Virus record (IMG/VR): IMGVR_UViG_3300037104_000416
Span: 1-35,161 of that record
Reading direction: 5' to 3' (one strand)
Length of the DNA: 35,161 nt
From: a virus
Lineage: Duplodnaviria > Caudoviricetes
Positions 18,470 through 25,972 of the stretch are shown piece after piece; the stretch's first letter is position 1; each line of letters opens with the position of its first letter. The notes below the pieces were generated by a model. It did no database searches, was not told where the DNA came from, and saw nothing but the letters and a program-made list of their open reading frames with translations. The translations under genes and the position numbers were made by a program.

Positions 18470-18681
18470 GACTTTCCGAACCCGTGCTTCTTCATCAGGT
18501 CCTTGGCGTCCTTGTCCGCGTCGGCTTCCGCCATGACCCGCTGGTAGTTTCCGAGGAAGATCCCCGCGTACTCCTTCATCATCGTGAGGAGGTTCGAAAG
18601 GCCGTTCTTTTGCTCCCTCGCCAGAGCCTCAAGCTCAGCGACCCGCGCCTTCAGCGCCGCGTTCTCCTGTTCCAAATCCAT
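18466..18681 (-). CDS. Hypothetical coiled-coil protein
   Basis: 71 aa; RBS AGGAGG; heptad pattern LEQENAALKARVAELEAL. Confidence 0.65.
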   Translation of the reverse strand: MDLEQENAALKARVAELEALAREQKNGLSNLLTMMKEYAGIFLGNYQRVMAEADADKDAKDLMKKHGFGKS

Positions 18682-18693
18682 GCCATCCTCCTG

Positions 18694-20427
18694 TTACCCA
18701 AGTGCCGACCCCATCGTGGCCGGTGCGGGCTGCGCTACCGGAGTAGCCGCTCCCCGAACAATCGCACCCTTGGCGTTGGCAGCCGTGGCGCGAGCTCTGT
18801 CCAGATTGATCCTACTTTCAGTCTCTTTCTGTTGCGTGATCGCCTGCTGCTGGGCGGCCTGCGCCCTGCCCTGGCGGATCCGCTGCACGTCCACCATGTT
18901 GCGAATCACGTCCTTCGCCATGTCGTAGGACACCCCGATGTCCCGCGCGTACTGGCTCAGGTCGAAGTTGTCCAGAACGTCTCCCGGCTGGCCCGCGGAG
19001 AGCTGCATCTGCACCAGCGCGTTGATCTGCTGGAGGGCGGCCATCGTGGAGTTCAGCACGAGCTGCTGCCGCTGCATCTGCCAGAGAGGGCCAACGAAGT
19101 TGAGCTTCATCTGGCGGCCCTGCGCGCTGCGCGGGGGAGCGCCGAGCCGGCCGGCCCGAAGCTCCATGAAGAAGAGGTCCTTCAGGAGCGGCTCGACGTA
19201 CTCGACCTCCAGGCGCGAGGAGAACGCGGCCAGCATCGCGGCCTTCTCGCTCTGAAGGCCGTTGACGCCCGTGGCCGTGCTCTTGGTGATGGCGTCCAAG
19301 TTCTGGGTGAGGACGAGAAAGAAGTCCTTGTGGTAGCCGGCCTGCACGTTCTTCTGGATGGCGAGGTACCGCCCCTCCAGCATCCGCGGATCGCCCTCGA
19401 CCTTCTCCCGCTGGTAGTCCTGACCGGGGGGTAGGTAGCTCACGTCGCCCGGGACACGGGTAATTCGGCCGCGGGCGCCGATCGTCGCCTTGATCGACGG
19501 GTCGGCCATTCTCTGGCTGATCTTCAGCATGTCCTGGCTCATGGAGTTGAGCATCTTGATGTTCCCGAGTTGGAGCATCCCGGGGGCGCCCTGGCCCCAC
19601 GGGCCGGCGTCGTAGCTGCGCATGTAGCGCGCGGCGAAGAAGGGCTTCGTCTGGTGCGGGTCTATCCGCAGCGGGTGGAACCAGTCGCACAGCGGGAGGG
19701 TGATCTCAACGTACTCCCCGGCCGGGACCTCAAAGTCCAACTCCGGGCTGTACTTCGTCTGCGGGAAGCAGAAGGAGATGAGCATCCAGAGCTGGTCCTT
19801 GTTATGGTCGTAGGCATCCTGGATGGCCGGCGGGCACGCCTCGTATCCGTACTCGGCGACGATGTTCTGCGCGCTCCACCAGATGTCGCGGATGAGCACG
19901 TCCACCGCTCCCCACTGGTCGTTGTCGATGTAGCACCGATTCAGGTGCAGCGTCTTGTAGGAGGGCCTGCCGAGGGCCGCGTTCTCCTGCCGCCACATGA
20001 TGCCGGTGGAGAAGTCCAGGAGGGATCGGAGGAAGATGCGAAGCTCGTCCTTCCACGGCGAGACGTGAAGCTGCTTGTAGACCTGCTTCTCTGCCTTCTG
20101 GAGGAACATGCCCGCGTTCTCGTTCATCTTCTCGTCGTCGAACTCCATGCGAAACCAGACGTTGGAAAATCCGTAGCCCAGGAGGCCGTCCGCGCACTGG
20201 AGGCTGGACTCGGGTGCGGTCCAGTCGAAAATCTTCATGCCCGTGTTCGGCGAGCGCCCGCTCTGCTCGGGGTCGCTCCTGATGTACCAGTCGCTCATGT
20301 CCTGGTTCACGAAGGAGGCGATCTCGCGCATCGTGTTGTCTTTGAACATGCGCACCTTCCACCGCTGGTGGTAGATGTGCTGGAGCTGCGTGATGCTGTA
20401 ATTGGAGATCGGTAGGGAGAGGCTCAT
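18694..20427 (-). CDS. Portal (head-tail connector) protein
   Basis: Start probably MSLSL at 20427 (ATGA overlap). Motifs IFDWT, WFR, PF-x-x-x-R...WG-x-G-x-PG-x-x-x-LG-x-IKMLN and TAT-x-V...EK-x-x-ML match podoviral portals. Confidence 0.9.
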   Translation of the reverse strand: MSLSLPISNYSITQLQHIYHQRWKVRMFKDNTMREIASFVNQDMSDWYIRSDPEQSGRSPNTGMKIFDWTAPESSLQCADGLLGYGFSNVWFRMEFDDEKMNENAGMFLQKAEKQVYKQLHVSPWKDELRIFLRSLLDFSTGIMWRQENAALGRPSYKTLHLNRCYIDNDQWGAVDVLIRDIWWSAQNIVAEYGYEACPPAIQDAYDHNKDQLWMLISFCFPQTKYSPELDFEVPAGEYVEITLPLCDWFHPLRIDPHQTKPFFAARYMRSYDAGPWGQGAPGMLQLGNIKMLNSMSQDMLKISQRMADPSIKATIGARGRITRVPGDVSYLPPGQDYQREKVEGDPRMLEGRYLAIQKNVQAGYHKDFFLVLTQNLDAITKSTATGVNGLQSEKAAMLAAFSSRLEVEYVEPLLKDLFFMELRAGRLGAPPRSAQGRQMKLNFVGPLWQMQRQQLVLNSTMAALQQINALVQMQLSAGQPGDVLDNFDLSQYARDIGVSYDMAKDVIRNMVDVQRIRQGRAQAAQQQAITQQKETESRINLDRARATAANAKGAIVRGAATPVAQPAPATMGSALG

Positions 20428-20636
20428 GTGATCCAGGTTGGGAAGCGCGGGTCGTCCCCGATGTAGTACGGCGGGAACGGTGAGGGGGGATACCACGGTA
20501 TCGGCTGAGGAATGGGCATTGGCGCCGGGATGAAGATCGGCAAGGGCATGGGGAGAATCTGAGGCAGAACGGGACGCGCCTCAAGGTCCCTGATGCGCTG
20601 CTCCAATTCCTTGATTTTCTTCTGCGTCTCGCTCAT
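20424..20636 (-). CDS. Small proline-rich hypothetical protein
   Basis: 70 aa, MSETQKKIKELEQRIRDLEARP...; RBS GGAGGT; coupled to the portal start. Confidence 0.6.
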   Translation of the reverse strand: MSETQKKIKELEQRIRDLEARPVLPQILPMPLPIFIPAPMPIPQPIPWYPPSPFPPYYIGDDPRFPTWIT

Positions 20637-20640
20637 TGGA

Positions 20641-21417
20641 CTACCTCCATGCACCGCCCCCGGCCTGTAGCGGAACGTCGTGCGCGGAGTCGTCCTTCGC
20701 CGTGAAGGCGGCAAGGGGGTCCCAGGAGGCGATATCGTTCGGAGGAAGGACCTCGCCCTCGACGATCTCGTTCTCGTTGTACTGGACCCACCACGCGGCC
20801 ATGAGGATGCAGATCACGAGGTCGTCGTGGAGATCCTCGGTCTCGGCCATGTACTTTTGCTTTTTCTTGTTGAAGTTGAACCCCGTGAGTTGCGCCTCGA
20901 TGGCCTCCCGGAAGGGGAGGTCCTTGGCGAAAGCAAGGCGTCCCTGCTCCAGGAGAAGCCCGCCATCGGCAACGAGATCGCGCCGTGGCACCAGCCACTC
21001 CTTGATCGTGCGCATGGGGGAAAGCTCTCCCGAGCGGGACTCCCCGAAGACGCGGCCGATCTCCTCGTACACGGGATGCGCTCGGCCACCGTTGGTGAAG
21101 ACGATGCTGTGCGGGAATCCGCCGAGCTTCCGCAGGCGCTCTACTACCGCATCCCCGACGCCGGTTCCGTCCACCAGTTCGTCGCAATTTCCGCGCAGCT
21201 CCTTGCGGCGGATGAGGTTCATGTAGCGCCGCTCCATATCCTCATACCGGAGATTCTCGTCGTGCCACGCCCACACGCACTGGAGCTCGGAGAGGAGACG
21301 GTCGGAGGATCCTGCCCGAGGGTCGCCATCGACGTAAGAGTACGACCGCTTGAACACGGCCTCCGCGTATCTATCGCGCTTCGAAGCTATGTCGAAAGTG
21401 GCAATGTACTCCCTCAA
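20641..21417 (-). CDS. terL: Terminase large subunit, stand-alone RNase H-like nuclease domain
   Basis: Acidic catalytic motifs IATFDIASKRD, VDGTGVGDAVVE and HDDLVICILMAAW. TTG start overlaps the HNH gene stop; lies upstream of the portal. Confidence 0.85.
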   Translation of the reverse strand: MREYIATFDIASKRDRYAEAVFKRSYSYVDGDPRAGSSDRLLSELQCVWAWHDENLRYEDMERRYMNLIRRKELRGNCDELVDGTGVGDAVVERLRKLGGFPHSIVFTNGGRAHPVYEEIGRVFGESRSGELSPMRTIKEWLVPRRDLVADGGLLLEQGRLAFAKDLPFREAIEAQLTGFNFNKKKQKYMAETEDLHDDLVICILMAAWWVQYNENEIVEGEVLPPNDIASWDPLAAFTAKDDSAHDVPLQAGGGAWR

Positions 21418-21911
21418 GCTGCCACCCTATTCCTCTTGGGACGCCGTGCGTTCTCGGCGCGAGTCAGGAATTGACAATTGGATGGTCCATATCCCTGTGA
21501 GGAGTTTTTCCTGTCGATAGTCAGGGAATCGGAATAGCCATTGGCGCGTGCCCACGCAGCGAAGACGGCATAGTTGTGCCACTCTTCGCACACAGAAATA
21601 CCTTTCTCACCATAGGACTTGAATCCACTGGCATAGGAACGTTCACACCTGTCCAGCATGTTCCGCCATGTGACATAAAGACGAGTCCGGTGGGATTCTC
21701 CGTGCTTCCTGTTCAGTTTTCCTACACACTCTCGATGTAGGCATCCGCAGGAACGGGTATCTCCATTCACGATGCACATGGCCTTGATTACTTTTTCGGA
21801 TCCGCATTCACAGGAACATTTCACCCACAACTTTCGATTGGCATCCCTGTGGTCAACCGAAAGAACCGTGAGTCTTCCGAGCTTCCTGCCTATGAGGTTG
21901 ATCGTCTTCAC
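21414..21911 (-). CDS. HNH homing-type endonuclease
   Basis: GRKLGRLTVL...CSCECG...SCGCL...HGES-x-x-RLY-x-x-W-x-x-M-x-x-RC...GISVCEEW...LTIDR-x-N...Y-x-PSNC; visibly more AT-rich than its flanks. Confidence 0.9.
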   Translation of the reverse strand: MKTINLIGRKLGRLTVLSVDHRDANRKLWVKCSCECGSEKVIKAMCIVNGDTRSCGCLHRECVGKLNRKHGESHRTRLYVTWRNMLDRCERSYASGFKSYGEKGISVCEEWHNYAVFAAWARANGYSDSLTIDRKNSSQGYGPSNCQFLTRAENARRPKRNRVAA

Positions 21912-21914
21912 AGA

Positions 21915-22151
21915 TCAGTCTCCCGGGCAGTCGCCGTCCATGTCCATCGCGGGTTCGGCGGGGTCCCAGGGCTTGCCGTCCGCGCGCTGCGCGCCCTTGA
22001 CGTAGTTCCCAGGAGCGGGCCACGGGGAAATCGGAACACGCCCGCCGGGGGTGTAGGCGGGAGCGGGGAGGGAGGTCCCTGGATAGGGGTTGGAGATCCG
22101 AACCGCGTTTCTCCCGCCAGGGAGGGCGGGATTGCTCTTGCTCTTCGCCAT
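21915..22151 (-). CDS. Small proline-rich hypothetical protein
   Basis: 78 aa from MAKSKSNP; TAATG overlap with the upstream gene. Confidence 0.6.
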   Translation of the reverse strand: MAKSKSNPALPGGRNAVRISNPYPGTSLPAPAYTPGGRVPISPWPAPGNYVKGAQRADGKPWDPAEPAMDMDGDCPGD

Positions 22152-22438
22152 TACGAGTTGGGGATCTGGGAGGCGGTCACCATCGCCGCCACCTCGGTAG
22201 GGGTGCAGAGCACCATGAAGACCTGGCCGTGATTCCCCAGGGCAACCAGCTCGTCCATCGCGGCCTTCAACCCCTTGACCTTCACGCAGTCCCTCTCCGA
22301 GGGGGTCCCGTTGCCTCCAAGGAGAGCGGCCTGCACGCTGGCTCCCACGGTGCTGAAGTTGCGGTTCAGGCACTGCTTCAGCGTGAGCGATGCGCCTCCG
22401 ACTTCCGTCGAGTCGATTTCCAGAATATCGACGATCAT
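22151..22438 (-). CDS. Hypothetical protein
   Basis: 95 aa; RBS GAGGGAGGG. Confidence 0.65.
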   Translation of the reverse strand: MIVDILEIDSTEVGGASLTLKQCLNRNFSTVGASVQAALLGGNGTPSERDCVKVKGLKAAMDELVALGNHGQVFMVLCTPTEVAAMVTASQIPNS

Positions 22439-22452
22439 GGGTCCCTCCCTCG

Positions 22453-22595
22453 AAAAAGTTGGGGCGGAAGCGGGCGCCGTGAGGATGAGTCAACGGTGCC
22501 ACGGCGAAGACGCTGTTTCCAGCGGCTATCTGGCGAAATCCCGTGGGAACGCCGAACGGAGGATGGCCGTGCCGCGCGGTCTATCCCGCCCCTTG
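22453..22595 (-). ncRNA. Putative structured small RNA or leader
   Basis: Follows a promoter. Closed by a GGGGCGGGA/TTCCGCCCC stem then AACTTTTT. Internal stems CACGGC/GCCGTG, GGCG/CGCC and CGCTG-GAAA-CAGCG. Two CATCCTC motifs. Confidence 0.55.
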
Positions 22596-22601
22596 TTGTC
22601 G

Positions 22602-22630
22602 AGAATGTGTCGAATCGCGGGGAGAGTCAA
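22602..22630 (-). promoter_or_regulatory. Putative promoter
   Basis: TTGACT-N17-CATTCT; similar in sequence to the promoter at 4237-4265. Confidence 0.45.
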
Positions 22631-22779
22631 GTGCAGGAGTGCTCGGCGTTGGACTTCCGAACGGCGCGGGCTAAGACCACAAGAGCCAGGTTGCGGTGGT
22701 CAAGCGAGACGTTATGCTTCAAGGATTCTTCAAGGGCCTCGGCTATGCAGAGAGCCTCTGATACGCTGGGAAGTTTCAT
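22627..22779 (-). CDS. Small hypothetical protein (50 aa)
   Basis: Read manually: MKLPSVSEALCIAEALEESLKHNVSLDHRNLALVVLARAVRKSNAEHSCT; ATGA overlap with the terminase ATPase stop. Confidence 0.5.
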   Translation of the reverse strand: MKLPSVSEALCIAEALEESLKHNVSLDHRNLALVVLARAVRKSNAEHSCT

Positions 22780-23702
22780 TCCTCGATCTCCTCCGGTTCC
22801 TCTCGGAACGCCTGTATGTCGTCACGCACGATGACCCCGGACTTCAGAGCCCGCAGGTCCTCGCCAACGGCGAATGCGCGCGCGATGTCGCTGTAGCTGA
22901 AAAGCTGGGCGTCCGGCTCGACGAACTCCCCGCACTGCTCTTGCCTGTATTGTTGCTGGCCCAAGTTTTTTAGCTGGACATTCAACTGATGATTGAGATC
23001 GAGATGTCTTGGAGAGTAGCACCCAATGATCCCGCGCGCTGCCTGCTCTGATGCGAACTCCTCCTCGGTCTGCATCATCTCAAGGGAGGTCCCGCTGGTG
23101 GGTGTGTAGGGCGAGCGCACGTAGTACCGCTCCCAGGATCGGTCGTGGAAGACGCGGAAGAAGAAGCCGGTCCGGCCGTTGGGCGTGGAGGGTACCAGAA
23201 CTTCGCACTCCTCGTTCGAGGTCAACATGGGAATGATCCCGCTGGTGATCGCCACGTCCTCGACGCGGGACGCCTCATCGACGATGATGACCGAGGGCTT
23301 GCTGCGCCCGCGGGCCGACTTCTCGGTGGTGCAGAGGACCTCGATGCGGCTCTCGTCTTCGGTGACCACCAGGGAGTCGGACTCCCGGATGAGCTTGGGG
23401 TAGGTTGGGTCGCGGGCCATACAGGCTTTGATCTTCAGCATGTCGTCGGTGGCCTGGTCCTCGGTGGCGGCCAATACGAGGATCCGCGAGCCCGGCTTGT
23501 ACTTCGCGGTATGCGTTGGCACCACGGCTATTATGCTGGACTTTCCTGATTGTCGGGCGCAGTTGAGGCACTTAAACTTGTGTGTCGATGCCAGGAGGCG
23601 GCGTTGCCAAGAGAAAAGCACAAAGCCGGCAACGAGTTTCGCGTAGCGGACGCGATCCATTGCATAGACCGCGTCCTCATACGCCCGATGATCAAGCATC
23701 AA
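22776..23702 (-). CDS. terL: Terminase large subunit, stand-alone ATPase domain
   Basis: Q motif WQRRLL, Walker A CARQSGKS, Walker B IIVDEAS, coupling motif STPNG, and YRQEQCGEF. Stops at about 308 aa with no nuclease domain. Confidence 0.9.
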   Translation of the reverse strand: MMLDHRAYEDAVYAMDRVRYAKLVAGFVLFSWQRRLLASTHKFKCLNCARQSGKSSIIAVVPTHTAKYKPGSRILVLAATEDQATDDMLKIKACMARDPTYPKLIRESDSLVVTEDESRIEVLCTTEKSARGRSKPSVIIVDEASRVEDVAITSGIIPMLTSNEECEVLVPSTPNGRTGFFFRVFHDRSWERYYVRSPYTPTSGTSLEMMQTEEEFASEQAARGIIGCYSPRHLDLNHQLNVQLKNLGQQQYRQEQCGEFVEPDAQLFSYSDIARAFAVGEDLRALKSGVIVRDDIQAFREEPEEIEE

Positions 23703-23708
23703 GAAAGG

Positions 23709-24002
23709 CGCTCCATGATTTTGGGTTACTCGCGGGCATCGGCTCGCTCGGCGCCAGTGGTTGACTCCAGCTCGGTGGCTCGCTCTTTCGCCCTGGGTGA
23801 CTCAAAGATGGTGGCTCGCTCGGCCGTGTTGGTTGTCTTAAGTACAAAGGCTCGCTCCCGCGGCTCTGGGTGACTCGGAGGCTCTGGCTCGCTCTTGTCA
23901 TTTGGTTGACTCGCAGGTGCTGGCTCGCTCGAAGCACGTGGTTGACTCTGGTGTGATGGCTCGCTCACGGTATTTGGTTGACTCGTACCCACTGGCTTTT
24001 GC
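23709..24002 (-). repeat. Dual-repeat interspaced array, TIGR-like (8 units of ~36 nt)
   Basis: Minus strand: GAGCGAGCCA-N8-GAGTCA(A/C)CCA-N8 repeated 8 times with 16 distinct spacers. One spacer is 9 nt, giving a 37-nt unit. Terminal repeats are degenerate. Confidence 0.85.
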
Positions 24003-24004
24003 TT

Positions 24005-24724
24005 TCATTTTGCAGCCTTGATCGTCACTGCGATCTCGTCGGCCAGTTCCGTGAGAACGGAGATGTCGTTCTCAGTGAACTTGAGACGATCCGCCCTGAG
24101 TAAATTCAGGAGCATACGCGCGTGAACCTTCCAGACATTCCCATCGGTTGTCCTGGCCGCGTGCTCTTGCTCCTCGTTCAACGGCTCCTCGTTTTCTGCG
24201 CTGGAAAGATGCGAGGCTCCATAGGAAAGGGGAATCCTCTCTCCCGTACTCTCCACTGTCGCTGAACGTTTCTCCAGAAAATCCTTCATCGCCTCAGAGA
24301 GCATTCCGAGGGCCTTTGCAACTTCAGAAGCCGGGATCTTCATGCGCCTGGCTTTGATGATGAAGTACGCTCGGTCCATGGGAGACATCATTTTCCCCTG
24401 ATGAGCGTTGAATCGCCCCGCGTCAAGGAACATCTCCCTCTCATTCTCATACACTCTGACATCGGCGTCGATCATGGCCTCATCGCCGTACAGATCGAGA
24501 ACGGCGGTCACGCGATGGAAACCGTCCACCACGCGCATGTCAGCCTTGTTGATTACGATTGGCGGAAGGCTTAGACCGGCTTCAAGCGATTCTTTCATCT
24601 GCCTGATATTCGCCGTATCCAGTTTTTGATGGACTGAGTGGCGGGGCCACAGATTCCAGTCGAGGACGCACTCAGGAGAAAGTCTTTTGATCCCCCAACG
24701 GGGGACTGTCTGACAGTACATCAC
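24005..24724 (-). CDS. ParB/Srx-fold protein with HTH-like C-terminal region
   Basis: LPPIVIN...VVDGFHRV-x-A ParB-N motif; N-x-x-x-G-x-x-(M/L)S-x-x-DR; HTH-like ASEVAKALGM. Start codon uncertain. Confidence 0.8.
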   Translation of the reverse strand: MMYCQTVPRWGIKRLSPECVLDWNLWPRHSVHQKLDTANIRQMKESLEAGLSLPPIVINKADMRVVDGFHRVTAVLDLYGDEAMIDADVRVYENEREMFLDAGRFNAHQGKMMSPMDRAYFIIKARRMKIPASEVAKALGMLSEAMKDFLEKRSATVESTGERIPLSYGASHLSSAENEEPLNEEQEHAARTTDGNVWKVHARMLLNLLRADRLKFTENDISVLTELADEIAVTIKAAK

Positions 24725-24742
24725 TTCACAGCCCTTGGCAAG

Positions 24743-24925
24743 TCATCTGCGCGGCTGGAAGGCGGCGACGGTGCGGAAGAGGATTTCCTTCGCCGTGATG
24801 TCCAGACTCTCGATGGACAGGTTGTCGGAGAGGATCGCGATGATGAAACCGGATTTCACATCCTCGATGTCCATTAGCGGAAGCACGCCGCGAGCACGAG
24901 GGTCATTCGGTTCGTCAAACGTCAT
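24743..24925 (-). CDS. Small hypothetical protein
   Basis: 60 aa from MTFDEPND; RBS GGAGG. Confidence 0.5.
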   Translation of the reverse strand: MTFDEPNDPRARGVLPLMDIEDVKSGFIIAILSDNLSIESLDITAKEILFRTVAAFQPRR

Positions 24926-25649
24926 CGGGGGTTGCCTCCAAGGCCAGGGCCTTTTGCTCGAACATGGCGACAACACTCTCACGGGCCTCGGGGAACGGGG
25001 CCAGCGCAGCAATGATGTCGCTCATCACGAAGGACCAGATTTCGGTGCGGCTGATGTTGATCTTCACTTCCCCGCCCATCTTCTGGAGGTAGGCCACGCG
25101 GTCGATGACCTCCATGGCCAGGCGCATCGCGTCGTGGTACAGGCGGCGGGTGTCGTCGCGCTTGACGGTGAACTCGAAGGCGGACTTCCCGCTCTCTGCC
25201 ATCTGCGCGATGAGGACGGAGAGCTGGGTGGTCTTGCGCCGCGTGATGGGCGCGCCGGCCTTGGTGACCTCGCCGGTGTCCTGGTCGTAGTGGGCCACGA
25301 CCTCCTCGGCTTGGAGGCCCATCCAGATCTTGGTGGGGTCGTTGGGGTCCTTCAGGTAGTCCTCGAAGGCGGTGATGTTCCGCGCCGCCCGGTCGGCCAT
25401 CTCCTCCAGCTTGGTGAGGAGGCCGTCCACGGTGCGCATCCCGCGCGCCGCGCGCCTTTGCGCCAGGACCTCGGCAACCCACTTCTGGCGGTACTGGCGG
25501 ACGGTGGCCGCCGATATCCCGTGGCGGCGTCCGATCTGCGCGTCGGTTCCGCGGTCGTCCTCGATGTCCTTGAGGATGGCGGCCCTCCGCGGGTGGGTGT
25601 CGATGACGGTGGCCTGCGGGGCGCGAAGGTGGCGGGAGGGTGTGCTCAT
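24915..25649 (-). CDS. Probable terminase small subunit
   Basis: N-terminal HP-x-R-x-x-I...HTH (TDAQIGRRHGISAATVRQY), then helical oligomerisation-type segments; upstream of the terL genes. Confidence 0.55.
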   Translation of the reverse strand: MSTPSRHLRAPQATVIDTHPRRAAILKDIEDDRGTDAQIGRRHGISAATVRQYRQKWVAEVLAQRRAARGMRTVDGLLTKLEEMADRAARNITAFEDYLKDPNDPTKIWMGLQAEEVVAHYDQDTGEVTKAGAPITRRKTTQLSVLIAQMAESGKSAFEFTVKRDDTRRLYHDAMRLAMEVIDRVAYLQKMGGEVKINISRTEIWSFVMSDIIAALAPFPEARESVVAMFEQKALALEATPDDV

Positions 25650-25972
25650 CCCCGGATCCTCCTCTCCTGCTTGTACATCTCCCGCCAGTCGGGGTTGGGA
25701 TCGACGAGGAAGTCCCCGAGCCAGTTCTGCGGCCTCGGGTCTCCCTTCAGGTACACGTCGAACCGCTCGCCTTTCAGAGGAGTCACCTTCATCCCGAGGA
25801 ACGTCGTCACGTCCTCGAACTTCATCCCGTACTTGGCGGCGAACTCGAACCGCAGGTAGTCAACGGCCGTCTGGTAGCCGAAGCGAATGTGATCGACCTC
25901 CCTGCCCATGTCGCGCAGGGCGAGGCACTTCCTCTTGATGCAGTAGACCATGAAGTCGGGCTCTTCTCTCAT
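25646..25972 (-). CDS. Hypothetical protein
   Basis: 108 aa from MREEPDFM; ATGA overlaps at both ends. Confidence 0.6.
   Translation of the reverse strand: MREEPDFMVYCIKRKCLALRDMGREVDHIRFGYQTAVDYLRFEFAAKYGMKFEDVTTFLGMKVTPLKGERFDVYLKGDPRPQNWLGDFLVDPNPDWREMYKQERRIRG

Noticed and set aside
21418-22775. Group I intron in terL
   Set aside because: The interval holds several coupled ORFs and a promoter, both terL halves have their own start/stop signals, and I could not find intron core elements. Not formally excluded without a covariance search.
23692-23992. ORFs 23692-23937 and 23726-23992 as repeat proteins
   Set aside because: They are translations of the array. The 37-nt unit shifts the repeat frame mid-ORF, and the nucleotide repeats are conserved at all codon positions.
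23709-24002. CRISPR array
   Set aside because: Repeats are 10 nt and of two alternating types with 8-nt spacers, far from CRISPR dimensions; no cas genes are present.
23709-24002. Self-targeting by array spacers (e.g. AATGACAAG near 30453, AAATCATGG near 31493)
   Set aside because: Only single 8-10 nt matches without the partner spacer adjacent, as expected by chance. My search was not exhaustive.
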